Source of the DNA: Octopus sinensis
Taxonomy: Eukaryota
Direction of reading: 5' to 3'
NCBI RefSeq assembly: GCF_006345805.1
Contig: NC_043010.1
Coordinates: forward strand, 58,652,001-58,716,000
Length of the DNA: 64,000 nt
The notes below the pieces were generated by a model. That model was not told the DNA's origin, made no database searches, and worked only from the letters and a program-made list of their open reading frames with translations. A program made the translations under genes and the position numbers. This document shows, piece after piece, positions 25,130 to 38,629 of this stretch (the stretch's first letter is position 1; the number at the start of each line of letters is the position of its first letter).

Positions 25130-25750
25130 GATTGACATCAGACGTGAAGCAACAAGAGAAAGAATGAGACAAGAGAGGCAAAGAAGAGAAGAAAGACTGG
25201 AAATAAGAGAAAGTTTAAGACAAAACCAATGGATAAGAAGAGCCTAGCTGAGCCCGAATGTGGAGGATGGCTCTGCTATCAAAGGGAAAAGTCAACGGAC
25301 ATGAAGAAGGAGATGGCGAGTGAAGAGCAAGCGGATTATAGAGGACAGCCTTGAGAGAAAGAAGTGAAGAGGGGATGAGAGAAAATTGAAGAAAGGAATC
25401 ACATGGGGATGAAGACCCATGAACCAAAAGTAATTGACCAACTTGAAAAATGTTGAAACAAAAAGACAACAGCAGAGATGATTTCGTATTTCCATGATAT
25501 GATAAACAGGTTGTTGTTGAACCTTATCACACGGGAGAAATTAACAGATTCTGTCCTCATTGTAATGGTTTGACATTCAGAAATTGGTTTCTTAATTTGT
25601 GCCATAGCAGACTTCCTGATGAAATAAAACCACAATCTGATGCGTGTAACGAAGTGGTGATTAATTTCAGGAAGAATATACAAAAATTATCATTGTATTG
25701 TTTCCATTGCTGGTGCAAAAATTAATAAACAACTAACATTTATAAGTCTC
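25130..25750 (+). mobile_element. Decayed Helitron RepHel N-terminal region
   Basis: RREATRERMRQERQRREERLEIRESLRQ; HTGEINRFCPHCNGLTF; FRKNI../YHCIVSIAGAKI (frameshifted), matching the Helitron H.G.M...C..C.AL.F and F..NIR.YN..F.F.S.GAK pattern. Confidence 0.6.
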
Positions 25751-26040
25751 TGTTCTTTTTTTAGAGAACTTGGAAATTCAAAAATTATTGGCTCTTAGAG
25801 CTGTAGAGACAGAGAAACAAAGGAAATGGCAAAGAAAGACTGTTGTAAAACATAATATAGAATGAGAATGTCAACTAAATATTGTATACAGACAGGTCTT
25901 GACCTTAACACTGCAATTTTTGAATTCTATTCTATTGGTTTTGAAATCACTTTTGGTTAAATTTAAATCAGCTGAGTTATGTTTACTAATTAATATAATA
26001 TTACTAACACTATAATTTATCTAATTCTTAATTTTTCATT

Positions 26041-26230
26041 GTCTAGCTAATAATTATACATCCTATTGTTTGATTAATCATTATAAAATCTATTGTCTGG
26101 CTAAATAATTATAAAATCTGCTGTTTAGCTAATTATTATAGAACCTATTCTCTGGCTAATTAATATTAAATCTTTGTTTAACTAATTTTTTTAAAAACTA
26201 TTGTTTAGCTAATTATTATTTTAAAAATCT
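26041..26230 (+). repeat. ~27-bp AT-rich minisatellite, about 7 degenerate units
   Basis: Unit gt(c/t)t(a/g)gctaattattata.aa.ctatt. Confidence 0.7.
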
Positions 26231-26299
26231 TCAACACAATAAACAATGTTATGAAGGGAGATTTATAAATTTATGCATAAAATGAAGATTTATAAATTG

Positions 26300-26750
26300 T
26301 GGAACATCCATGAGTTCCACTGGTGAATGGAAATGGTTCAATTGCTAATTAGTTGACATCATTAAATCGTCTGAAGATGTCATTAGTAAAATGTTAAGTT
26401 TGTTTAGTGAAATCAAAAGCTAATTGTATTTTACTTTGATGTTTTATGGAACTGGGAAAAGTACAAATGAATTATTCAATACAAAGAAAGTGGGGGAACC
26501 TCACAAACAGTAAACTACAATTCTCAAAAAATGGTCGGGAATGTCACAGATTTAATGGGGAAACAGTTATATGAGGGGACCTGCCGTTCCCGTGAAGATG
26601 GAAGGTTTATAAATTGAGACAGTTTTAACAGGGAACATAATTTTATAAGATGAGTTGGGCTTCTTTGGAGAGGCTGCAGGGTTTTATATGGAGAAAGAGG
26701 AATTTATTTGCAAAGCAAATGTTTTTTAGCAGCAAATCTGTAGAGAATGG
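26300..26750 (+). mobile_element. Possible decayed Helitron helicase C-terminal fragments
   Basis: Short matches IKSSEDVI, KKVGEP, RFNGETVI, ETVLTGNIIFIR and FGEAAGFY; many stops and frameshifts. Confidence 0.35.
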
Positions 26751-26818
26751 TAGTCTTGCAAGGGACAGCAGCAGTATGGTGGTAAAAAGGGTAGGGTTAG
26801 GGTTAGGGTTTGAGATGA

Positions 26819-26860
<42 letters not shown>

Positions 26861-27129
26861 AAATAGTAATGTTGGTGCTCGTGGCAGTAATGGCAGTGGT
26901 ATGATGGCAACAGTGATTGGAAGAGGGTGTGTGTGTGTGTTTATATTTATAGTAAAGTGTGTGTGTGGAAGAGGAAGTAGGATGTAATGATGAGGATGAT
27001 GATGATGTGTAGAGAAGACACATTACTTGCCCTGGAACTACAGGCTGAGGAGCAGAGAGAGAGAGAGAGAGTGTGTGCTTGTGTGTGTGTGTGCGTGGTG
27101 CGCGCATGGATAAAGTCTTCCTTTATATT

Positions 27130-27139
27130 CTGTCAATCA
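27130..27139 (-). promoter_or_regulatory. TGATTGACAG (PBX-MEIS/PREP decamer) in a unique island
   Basis: Exact decamer on the minus strand, near tgcgcgcatg (NRF1-like). Confidence 0.25.
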
Positions 27140-27259
27140 ATAAAACTCTGGCTGCCATAACGACAACTACACCTCACCCCCCACTCCCACTCCCACACCA
27201 CTCCTCACATCCCTGAACAGACACACAGACATACAGACAGACAGCCGAAAAGGTGCCTG

Positions 27260-27536
27260 ATAGTGGTGGTGGTGGTGGTGGTCAGAGGTGGGGGTTGTCC
27301 TGTGTTTATGGCAGTATTTAGTGGCAGTGGATGGCGATGGTGGTGGTATCGGTGGTGGTGGTGGTGGCAGTGGTGGTGGTGGTGGCAGTGGTGGTGGTGG
27401 TGGTGGTGGTGGTGGTGGTGGTGGTGGCGATGGTGGTGGTGGTGGCGATGGTGATGGTGGTGGCGGTTGTGGCGGTGGTGGTGGCGGTGGTGGTGGTGGT
27501 GGTGGTGGTGGTGGTGGTGGTGCTGCTGCTGCTGTT
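27260..27536. repeat. (GGT/GGC)n trinucleotide tract
   Basis: Direct reading; source of the poly-P/G/W/V ORFs. Confidence 0.95.
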
Positions 27537-27674
27537 AGGAAGTAAGGTTTGGCTGTCTTGCCTCCTGGATCTTTATTATAGAGGTGTATTGACAGAACTG
27601 TAATATACACACACACAGATATATATATATACACATGTGTGTGTGTATATATATATATTCTTTATTCTTTCTTT

Positions 27675-27951
27675 TCTTCTTTTGCTTGTTTCAGTCATTT
27701 GACTGTGGCCATGGTGGAGCACCACCTTTAGTTGAGCAAATCGACCCCAGGACTTAAAACCAAACTGCTAAGTTACGGGGACGTAAACACACCAGCATCG
27801 GTTGTCAAGCGATGTTGGGGGGGACAAACACAGACACACAAACATATACACACACATACATATAAACGATGGGCTTCTTTCAGTTTCCATCTACCAAATC
27901 CACTCACATGTGGTTGGTAAGCAAGCTACTTACCACACATCCACTCCTGCA
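27675..27951 (-). mobile_element. Family A SINE with internal deletion
   Basis: Tail and head present; the cttgggcaag segment is missing. Confidence 0.75.
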
Positions 27952-27952
27952 C

Positions 27953-27993
<41 letters not shown>

Positions 27994-28544
27994 ATATATA
28001 TATATATATATCTATTGTACATATATAATATAATATATCATGTATATAGAGATACACATACACACACACACGTGTGAATATTAGTATAGAGTGTAGAAGT
28101 TTATCAAATTCTCGTGTTCCTCATATTTTAGTCTATTGTTTCTGGCACTGAGACCATTCTTGACCCTATTCACCAAACCACCATCGCCACCACCTCATTC
28201 TACCAGACCAGGCCAGACTGGAGCAATGAAAGACAAAGTTGATACAGGGACCTCGTTATTCCTGTTGGGGCGATTGTTTGATGACAATTTCTAAACTACA
28301 AGTCTTATTTCTAAATGCTGGAATAACAAGCAAATGGGGACTCTGTCCCCACATCAACTTTCTGCTATTCCCACATCAGATGTGGAGGGGGTGAATGCGA
28401 GATGGTTAGAGATGGGGCTACGAGGTCAATATAGTAAAGGTTGAAGTGGGTGCTAACACACACACACACACACAAACACACATGCACACACTTACAAATA
28501 CATATACTCTCTCCCTCTCTCTCTATGTGTTCATGTATGTATGT

Positions 28545-28963
28545 ATGCATGAGTGATGGAGCAGTGCATGCCATCAAAGTGACACTAGAGTAAAATATAC
28601 AAAGTATACCCATCATGACTACCTGTCTGATAAGGGTACACTAGGCACATGCATCACAACCATATGTGTGCAACCTGGTAATCTTATATCAAGATAAACA
28701 GTGCATGACCTTGCAGGTGGGGTCCTAGTTAGAATTATATTCAGGCTGAGTAGCCCATCCCGCTTAAAAGGTCCCTGAATAAGGGTTGTTCAAGGATGTT
28801 GAACAAAACGCCCATGTTTCCAGAGGGAAATTAGCCAAACCCCAAAGAATTCCTCTCGACAAGTGGCTATGATGCTCTCCCACTATTTCTGCTCGTAATC
28901 AGAGATGCACATATCTTCAGCCACTAAAAGACATGCTCAACTGGTTATGGTCAGACAACTGAC
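28545..28963 (-). mobile_element. Family E repeat
   Basis: Homologous to 18483-19003. Confidence 0.8.
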
Positions 28964-29549
28964 ATATGTATGTATGTCATCACTATCATCATCGTCATCG
29001 TTATGTTCTGTCATCCGTTTTTGCTTGCGGTCATGGGCTGGAGGGGTTGAGAGGGGCTGGCCAGGCAGAAGACTACACCAAACTCCACTGCCTGCTTTGA
29101 CATGGTCTCTATAGCCAGATGCCCTTCCTAATGCCAACCACTTCCCAGAGTGGGCTGCGTTTGTTTTGTGGTTGTAATACTGATGGAGGTGGCTTCATGC
29201 CGGGTGATGAGAGGTTAGGGTAGGATGGAGGGGAAAGAAACTGGTGTCTTGTGACAGAGGAGAAACATGGCTACCCCACAAGGAAAGGGAAAATGAGAGA
29301 GAGAGAGAGAGGTGGGGAGGGAGAGAAGATGGTGATGAACGTGTGTTGGGGTGGGTGCCCTCAAGTTACAGGGAGGAATATATAAGAGAAATGGATGAGA
29401 TAGGGTGAGTGGGTGGGTAAGTTTGTGAGGGTGTGGAAGGAGAGTGGGAGATGGAGGGGGAGAGGAGTGAACATAGGTGGTGGGAGGGGGTGTTAGGAAG
29501 ATGTGTTGTGACAGGATATGTATGTATGTGTGTTGATGTATGTATATAT

Positions 29550-29865
29550 GTGTGGTGAAGCTGTATGGCTTAGTGATTGGGACCATACCATCAGCTCCTG
29601 ATGGTATAGTCATGGGTTCAATACCTGGTGGTGCTTTGTGTCCTTGGGCAAGGCACTCTGTTTCTTCTGACTCCGGTCCACTCAGCTGAGTTGTACCCGT
29701 AATTCAAAATGGGCCAGCTTTGTCCCTTCTATCTCCCTGAGTACTACATTAAAGTTACCTGTGTCTGTGGAGTATTCAGCCACTTGTACGTTAATTTCAT
29801 GAGTTGGCTGTTCTGTTGATTGGATCAAAACCAGAACCCTCATTCTCATCACTGGCAGACTATCG
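29550..29865 (+). mobile_element. Family D SINE
   Basis: Head gtgaag.tgtatggcttagtg followed by gtgtccttgggcaag. Confidence 0.7.
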
Positions 29866-29938
29866 TGTATACATGCAGGTTTGTTCTGCTCTCCACCAGG
29901 CTTCCTCCTCTTCTCTCTCTCCTCTCTCTCTCTCTTCC

Positions 29939-30009
<71 letters not shown>

Positions 30010-30326
30010 TACATACATATATGTTTGTATATGATGATCTTTCACACAGTTTCCATCTGTTAGATTCACTCACAATGCATTGGTCTCTTAGGGCTGTAAT
30101 AGAAGACCTATGCCCAAGGTGTCATGCAGAAGGATTGAACCTGGATACCTAGTTGCAAGATGAGCTTCTTAACTGCACAACCATGTCTGCACTTATCTAT
30201 CTATCTATCTATCTGTAGTGTGTGTGTGTATGTATGTTATATATATATATATATTATATATATATATATACTTTATTTAAAGCATGTTATATATATATAT
30301 ATAAATATGTATTGTGTGTGTGTGTG

Positions 30327-30363
<37 letters not shown>

Positions 30364-30559
30364 TATGTGTGTGTGTGTGTATGGATGGATGGATGTATAC
30401 TTGTGTCTTTGGAGAAGAATTTTTCTGCTAAACATTTATTATTGAAGCCACCATGACTTTAGTCTTAACTTTTGATTTTTTTGTCTTAAAAACTTCTCCA
30501 TATTTATTTATTTATTTCTCACTTCTTTATTGTTTTGTTCGAAACCAAAACAATAAATT

Positions 30560-30930
30560 CACTCCATTCCTCCATATTTCCACACCATTCCCCCAACACC
30601 AAACTCATTTTCCTCATTTTATTGGCAGCTGTTATTGTCATTTTATTGATGGTGAGAATTATAGAAAAGTTTCTATGTCTGTTTGGCACTGGTTATCACT
30701 GGACTTCACATTTTTCTGACCATTAATGTCACATTTATCTCTGTAAACAGGAAGCAATTTCATCATAGACATACTAACTGTACTATAAGTACCAAGACCG
30801 CTACTAGTACATTCAGTTTTATCATGGATTTTGTTGTTAATATATAAACTGCCATTCTTCCATCACCAACCTTTGTCATCGTTCTTTAGAAGATGGCAAC
30901 TATTAACTGATGGCTTTTTTAGATTATGTA
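30560..30930 (-). mobile_element. Possible decayed LINE APE endonuclease fragment
   Basis: KNDDKG../GDGRMAVYI, LLPVYR and LVLGE resemble APE motifs; heavily decayed. Confidence 0.3.
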
Positions 30931-31019
30931 TATCTCACTACAGGGAGAGTTTGGGTGAATACTTAGGGAGTTTCATTTTATAATCCCACCAGGGACCAGA
31001 TTATCTATGATGGCCTCAA

Positions 31020-31415
31020 TGCTGGTCTCACATAACTGGCACCAGTCCTGGTGGCACGTAAAGGACACCTTTTGAGCACTGGGTTTCACAGAGACAAAGT
31101 GGTTGAGTTCCTTTCAAGCATTGGGCCTCATGATGGCAATGACTGAGACTTTTGGCATTATGTCGTACTTGCAAAGAAAACCCATCAAGTCAAGCAAAGT
31201 CGCAGTTGTAGCAGCTATGGTGTCACGCAAATGGCACCGATGCTGGTGCCATGTAAAAGCACCCATTACACTCTCAGAGTAGTTGGCATTAGGAAGGGCA
31301 TCCAGCTGTAGAAACCATGCCAAAACAGACTGGAGTCTGGTGCAGCCTTCCAGCTTACCAGCCCCGGTCAAACCATCCAACCCATGCCAGCATGGACAAT
31401 GGATGTCAAATTATG
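31020..31415 (+). mobile_element. Family C copy
   Basis: Match to family C. Confidence 0.75.
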
Positions 31416-32035
31416 ATATATATCACATGATCAACCAGACTACTGGATGTTGTTATACATTGCTGGACACAATGCACTTTGAATCATCTTAGTTTTAGAA
31501 TGATGCTACTCCACTGGCCAGGCAAGCAGACCAACATCCCCCTCTGATTAGAAGACTATTCCACCACCAGGGTGGGCCTGTTTACAGCTGAGTGGACTGG
31601 AGTAACATGAAATAAAAGTGTTTTGCACAAGAGCACAATGTGCTGCTTGGTCTGGGAATTGAACCCATGATCTAGCAATCATGCATGCAACACTCTAGCT
31701 ACTGGGCCATGCCTCAGGTTAGACGGTTTGACAAGATCCAATGTGTTGAAGGAAGGCATCCTGCTCCACTGCTCAATTTGGCTGAGTTTCTATGGCTGAG
31801 TGCCCTTCCTAACACCAACCACTTTACTGTGCAGACTGAGTGCATCTTCCTTCATATCTGCTGCATTGCTGGGGGGTCACGATGCAGTTCACAGGGTGGG
31901 GGCAGTCAGTTTCATGCTGGGGGATGACAGGATTGCTAAGAGAAGGAGGGCAGGGGAGGGACAGAGCAGGTTCCTGCAGAGGGGGTCTGCATGGCTCCAC
32001 ACATCTGGTAGGAGAGAAGAGGGAGAGAGACATAG

Positions 32036-32089
<54 letters not shown>

Positions 32090-33271
32090 ATTGATAGATA
32101 GACACATAGACTGAGATGTGTATATTTACACACACACATGCACATATTATATAGGCTTAAACAGCAGAGCAGCTGTCTTAGTTCATCTTCAGCTGATGAG
32201 ACAATTCAGACTTTCATGAAAAGGAGTCGAACATATTTATGACCAAGGTCATTTGCATAATTGAGGTAAAAATAGTCAAAGAGAAATCCTAGCAGCTGCT
32301 TGTCCAAAGCACCATGCTGTGGGACTGACCCTCTGACCATTTGTTTTGGCAGCGATGCTTGATGGCGTCAGGATGTGTTTTATACAATGTCTTGTAGATG
32401 ATTCTGAAGTGAATGGAAGAGATGGAGGGTGTTGTCAGCAGGACTCTCTCGCAGTGTCCTAGACATATCAAAGAATTTGCGGAAGAGATTAAGAGGGAGA
32501 GGTGGTATTTTTAAGAAAAGTAGAAGGTCAAGTTACGTACTTGAGTTGTACAGACTCTTAAGGGCTGGTTTCCTGATTTCCATGGTGAATATTCTCCTGG
32601 AAAGGACTCCAGTCGCAGGATTATTCATTTTTGCTTCCTCAGCGGACTGGAGCAACATGAAATGAAGTGCATCGCTCAAGAAAACATGTCACCCAGTCCA
32701 GGAATTGAAACCACGGTCATACACTCATGAGTCCAACACCCCTAACCACAAAGCCATGCATCTCCACAGTATTTGTAAAGAAGTTAAATGTCTGTTTGTT
32801 TAACCCAAGGTCAGTGTTGATCCAGCTGACCTGTCTTCAAAGATGTTTAAGCTTTAACTCTCCATCATCTGTTGTTAGGAATAGTCTGCCTTGTACTACA
32901 TTCTTCAGCATGCCATCCTTAAGACAGAAGGGTGTGATTTGGCTGTTATGTCTAGCAGTTTCAGTAACTCCATAGTGTTCCTTATGTTGGATCTGCAATA
33001 ATTAGCTTTAGAATGTTGGTGTTTCCAGTTGAGAACTGTACCAACACATGGTAATGATGTGGCTAGGAATGGTGTAAGCCATTTGGGGGCTGAGTAACTT
33101 AACTAAGGACACAGTGTAGAACTGACATGTATGGGAAGAGATTGGACAATAAATGGACATGGTGGGCCTGAAACACAATCATACACATGGCGGAATACAC
33201 ACACACACGGGTATGTGTGTGTGCAGAACTACCAACTCAATTCTTAAGACACAAATACATTTACTGTAATA

Positions 33272-33327
<56 letters not shown>

Positions 33328-33712
33328 CAAATTGATGATGAACAGCGGCTTCAAAGACAGATACAAAAGCAAAACCAGCAGAAATCATGGATGTACAAAG
33401 TAAACACATAAGTTTGATGCTCGGTGAAAGTTTTAGATGGGAAATCAAAAGTAAAACCATGACATTTCAAGTATTGGCTCTCCATCAGATAGTGGAAGAA
33501 AGTCAAGAGAAGAGGAAAAGGAGGAAGAAACAGTTTGTCTGGAGAAAAGTTCATGAGTTGCTTATTTAGTGAGTTGATAAATGAAAGGAGGTAGAACTCA
33601 GCACATTTGGTAGGAGTTACATATGTTATTTAATAACTGTTTGATTTGACTCCATTCAAAATGTTGTGAGCTTGTTAAACAGACCTAGCTCATCAGGCAT
33701 GGGTAACTGAAT

Positions 33713-33745
<33 letters not shown>

Positions 33746-33748
33746 GTA

Positions 33749-33861
<113 letters not shown>

Positions 33862-33971
33862 CACATGTTATGTGAAGAATATGTATATATATGTGTGTAT
33901 GTGAATATGTATATATACATGTGTGTGAGTGAATATGGATATGTGTGTGTGTGTACAGGCATGTCTGTATA

Positions 33972-34308
33972 GGCACAAGCATGACTCTGGTAAGAAACTT
34001 GCTTTCCAACAACCTGGTTCTGGGTTCAATCCTACTGCATGGTGCCTTGGGCAAGTGATTGTTTTCTACTATAGCTTCAGGCTGACCAAAGCCTTGTGAG
34101 TAAGTTTGGTAGACAGAACCTGAAAGACGCCCATCTTATGTATGTGTGCATGTAGTGGTGGTGTGTGTATATTTATGTATGTGTGTCTTTGTGTTTGTGC
34201 TTGTCCTCCATCACTAATTAACAACCAGTGTTGGTTTATTTATGTCCCTGTAACCTATCAATTCAGAAAAAGTAAACAATAGAAGAGCCAGGCTTAAAAG
34301 GAATAAGT
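33972..34308 (+). mobile_element. Family A SINE (diverged)
   Basis: Match to family A. Confidence 0.7.
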
Positions 34309-34311
34309 GTG

Positions 34312-34357
<46 letters not shown>

Positions 34358-34574
34358 TATAAAGACCAAGACCTCTGAAGATATGCTATGACTGCGAAGA
34401 CTCAGCAAATGAAGTGAGTTCACAGCTGTATCCTACCCCAGTTTCACATAACCAGCCCCAGCCCATTCAAAAGTATCTTGGATTGTAGGGTGACCTGTTG
34501 TGCTTGAGGAGACCTATTCAGTCAAGTACATCATCAGCAATATCAAATTCAAATAAAATGGAAGTTGTGATACC

Positions 34575-34760
34575 CGTACCAGTGGCACGTAAAAAGCACC
34601 CACTACACTCATGGAGTGGTTGGCATTAGGAAGAGCAACCAGCTGTAGAAACACTGGCAGATCAGACATGAGCCTGGTGCAGCCCCCTGGCTTCCCAGAC
34701 CCCTGTCGAATCATCCAACCCATGCTAGCATGGAAAACAGACATTAAACAACGACGATGA

Positions 34761-34765
<5 letters not shown>
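34575..34765 (+). mobile_element. Family C copy
   Basis: Match to family C. Confidence 0.75.
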
Positions 34766-34802
<37 letters not shown>

Positions 34803-35079
34803 CTATCAATTCCTTGGACTTTAGGGTAGTTGTCGAGTATTCCTCAGACCTAATTCACTCTAACATAATGTTCAGAATAACAGAATCAGTGTGAAGTAAT
34901 GAAACAAGGGGATGTACCTTTAGAATTACTGGTACAGGCCATTCACTGGGGTTCCACACAGTTTCCGTCTTCTTAATTTCGTGGACAAGAACCAGAAGCT
35001 GTCTTTCCATAAAGTGCCAGGCAGTGGATATGAACCCTTCACCTCTGGCTTGCAACAAAGTCTCTTGAACCACTTGGTG

Positions 35080-35118
<39 letters not shown>

Positions 35119-35129
35119 ACAGACATAGA

Positions 35130-36040
35130 AAGAGTAGGCGGGTGAGGGGTGGGGGTGAGGTGGAGAATGAGTGGCAAGCATCCAGACAGAAAAAAGGAGG
35201 AGTGTCAACAACAACAATGCCAATGACGACGATGACAACAACAAGAGGACGAAGTATTTTTAGACAGAAGTCTTGTTTATTTCTATCCTTCAGATGATTC
35301 ACCAAAGAAGCTGTGAAGTATATATATATATATACATAATGCGTGTATATATAATGTATGTATACATGTGTGTGTGTTTATTAGAATATTGGCACAATTG
35401 GATATCACATGGCTTTGTGATGGTAATAATGTTGGTGGTGGTGGTGGTGGTGGTGTAAGAAACAGAGTCAGACTGTTTCTCAAATATCACGCCCTTACTA
35501 AAGATACATTATACAATGTAGTCTGTGGTACACTAAGCCCAGTCAGCAAAAGATGAGGTGGGCATGGCTGGAATGTCTATGACCATAAGCCTGCATAATC
35601 CAGGCTGGCCACGACCACTAAACAACACCAATGTGTGGTATCTAAGATAGCAACTCTATCTCTCTCCCCTACCTTGCCATATATCACATCCCCCATCACA
35701 CTAGTTCACCCCACACCATCACTGTGGGATATCCACCACCACCACCAACACCACCACAAGGCCATGTGATATCCAGTTGTTGTGCCAATATTCTATATAT
35801 ATACACCACAGATATTTCACTGAATCATCCCCACAATAGAAATAAACATAATTGTATCTATAAATATCTTGTCCTGTTGTTGTTGTTGGTGGTGGTGTTG
35901 TTCTTGGTGTTGACACTGTTGCTCCCCCTCCGCTTCTGCCACCACTCTTTTTCTGTCTGGACAGTTGCCACTCATTTGCCACTTCATACCATCACCCATC
36001 CAACCATCCACTCTCACCCCCACCTATCCACCCTCCACTC
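35130..36040. repeat. Old inverted duplication (arms ~35130-35460 and ~35725-36040)
   Basis: Collinear reverse-complement blocks: aatgagtggcaa..tccagacagaaaaa, tgtttatttcta..gatgattca, agaatattggcacaa..tggatatcacatggc.ttgtg. Confidence 0.75.
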
Positions 36041-36184
36041 TACACTCATACCAACACTCCAATGTTTCCAGAGTGTGGCTACTTTTCAACATACTTCCAT
36101 ATTTAGACGTGTGTGTGTGTGTGTGTGAGAAAAACAGACACAATGTGTCTGTATGCGCTGGTCTTTATTTGTATGTGTGTGTGT

Positions 36185-36228
<44 letters not shown>

Positions 36229-36399
36229 TGTGTATATATTTGTACTTGTGTATGTATGTGCTGGCAACAAAAAAGGAAATTACGTGTGTGTGTATACATA
36301 CGAGTGTGTTTGAGTCTGTATATATCTGTGTGTGTGTGTGTGTACGTATTTGTATAAGAGACGAGTTATACATGTGTATATATATTGAGAGAGAGAGAG

Positions 36400-36404
36400 G
36401 AGGG

Positions 36405-36437
<33 letters not shown>

Positions 36438-36475
36438 GATTGATAGATAGATAAATAGATAGATAGATTGATAGA

Positions 36476-36507
<32 letters not shown>

Positions 36508-36535
36508 TAGATAGATAGATAGATAGATAATATAT
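36400..36535. repeat. (GATA)n microsatellite
   Basis: Direct reading. Confidence 0.95.
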
Positions 36536-37069
36536 GCAATTTAAATTCAAATACTAATTAATAAACAAATTTGTAGGAACCTTTTTTACCTTTCAGAACA
36601 AAAAGAAAAAATGAATTTTCACTTTAATATTACTTTCAAATTTTACAACCCTACATCAAAAATCAAAACCTAATCTGAATAAATGTCTCTCACTCATTAA
36701 CCATTATTCTTGAATAACTCAACCTTAACTTATTATCAACACTTTTTTTCTCAGTTTTCCCCTAATAATATCCTTTAGAAATGTAAAGGATATGGTTTTC
36801 GTATGAAAGGCCTTTGTTCCATAATTTCATAAACTGTTGAAATAATATCTATAACCATAAATATATCACTCTCACACCACCCATGCCCACCCATGAGTAT
36901 CACTTTCTCCACATAAAGAGTCATTAATTCATCATCTTTTCTCCCATTAACTATGTTTATTGAACACAGCCTGAATCATGATATCTCTATTAGATCCTCG
37001 TTATTATGTTTAATTGATAATTCCACCCCACCTACTCCACCATCCTTCCTCACTTCCACTAACCCTCAT

Positions 37070-37290
37070 CATCATCATCATCATCATTTTCATCATCATC
37101 ATCATCAAATGTCCGTTTTCCATGCTGGCATGGGTTGCACAGTTTGTCAGGATCCAGCAGGCCACAAGACAACATCAAGCCCCAATGTCAGCTTTGCCAT
37201 GCTTTCTACAGCTGGATGCCCTTCCTAACACCAACCACTTTACAGAGTGTTCTAGCTGTGTTATTATGTGGCACCAGCACATGAGGGGTT
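37070..37290 (-). mobile_element. Family C copy
   Basis: Match to family C. Confidence 0.7.
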
Positions 37291-37758
37291 GCCGAGTTGC
37301 TTGCAAGATAAAGAACAATGGAAGGGAAAAGCTCCCATGACTAAGTGGCAGTGGTGGTGGTGAGCGATTTGAGAGTTGGGGGAGGTGGCTTTATACCAAG
37401 TGTTGGGAGGTCAACCCTATCAGGAACAGCTTATAATCATATTTACAGAATTTCCACTCATCACCATTTCTCAACTTACACAGAATACACACATGTTTAC
37501 GCGTTTACTGCCATGAAGTCATAGTTTCTAAATTTAATAGAAAACAGGAGAGGATGTCAGTGTAATTGGTTAGCACACTCATCATAAAATAAAAGGTGTT
37601 GGTTCGATTCCCAGGCATACTAATGCCCATTTTTTTTCTTTTTGTGGTTTATACAATCTAATATTTGATTATTTCCAAGGGTCAATATGCAGTGAAAACT
37701 TACAAAATTTTCACTTGTTCATGTTTCTTAACTTACACAGAATGTATTTGTATCCGTA

Positions 37759-37793
<35 letters not shown>

Positions 37794-38087
37794 GTGTATA
37801 TATATATATTATATGTATCTCTTTCTGTTCTGTATATATATACATATATATACATACAGAACAAATATCTAATGTTTTTCACACCACTCATTAAAAAGCT
37901 TTTCTTGGAGAAACTTTGCAGTCAATGTCACCATTTAACTCTGACTGAAGTGGTCAATTATTTAAATCTCTCAATATTTCTTTGTAATGGTCTAACACAT
38001 AAAAATATCTTCAGTTATATACACACACACACAATGTGTATGGATATATATATATATATATATAATATATATATATACATATATATA

Positions 38088-38392
38088 GGAGCAGGAGTGG
38101 CTGTGTGGTAAGTATTTTGCTTACCAACCACATGGTTCCTGGCTCAGTCCCACTGCGTGGCACCTTGGCCAAGTGTATTCTACTATAGCCTCGAGCCAAC
38201 CAAAGGTTTGTGAGTGGATTTGATAGACAGAAACTGAAAGAAGCCTGTTATATATATGTATATATATATATGTATGTGTGTGTATATGTTTGTCCCCCCC
38301 CAACATTGCTTGACAACCGATGTTGGTGTGTTTACATCCCCATAACTTAGTAGTTTGGCAATAGAGACCGATAGAATAAGTACTAGGCTTAC
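38088..38392 (+). mobile_element. Family A SINE
   Basis: Match to family A. Confidence 0.85.
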
Positions 38393-38629
38393 ATAAGCAT
38401 AATTAATGGATAAAATCATTAAAATTAATGGATTTTATCAGTGGCCAGTGTAAAAAAAAAACCTTTTTAGGTAAAATTCATATATAGAGTACAATTGTAA
38501 GAGCACAGAAGCCGCTGTACCTGTATGCTAGAAAGAGATGCCAAATCCGTCCAACCACTATAAGACTCACTTCAATACACACATGGATATATATATATCC
38601 ATGTGTATGTGAGTGGATTTGAGTACATC

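Noticed and set aside
26790-26812. TTAGGG telomere-like repeats
   Set aside because: Only 2-3 units within a low-complexity tract.
33387-33569. 60-aa plus-strand ORF with a basic KRKRRKK stretch
   Set aside because: No recognisable domain and no convincing splice context.
37552-37620. tRNA-like sequence with A/B-box remnants
   Set aside because: The acceptor and anticodon stems do not pair; it is more likely a decayed SINE head than a tRNA gene.
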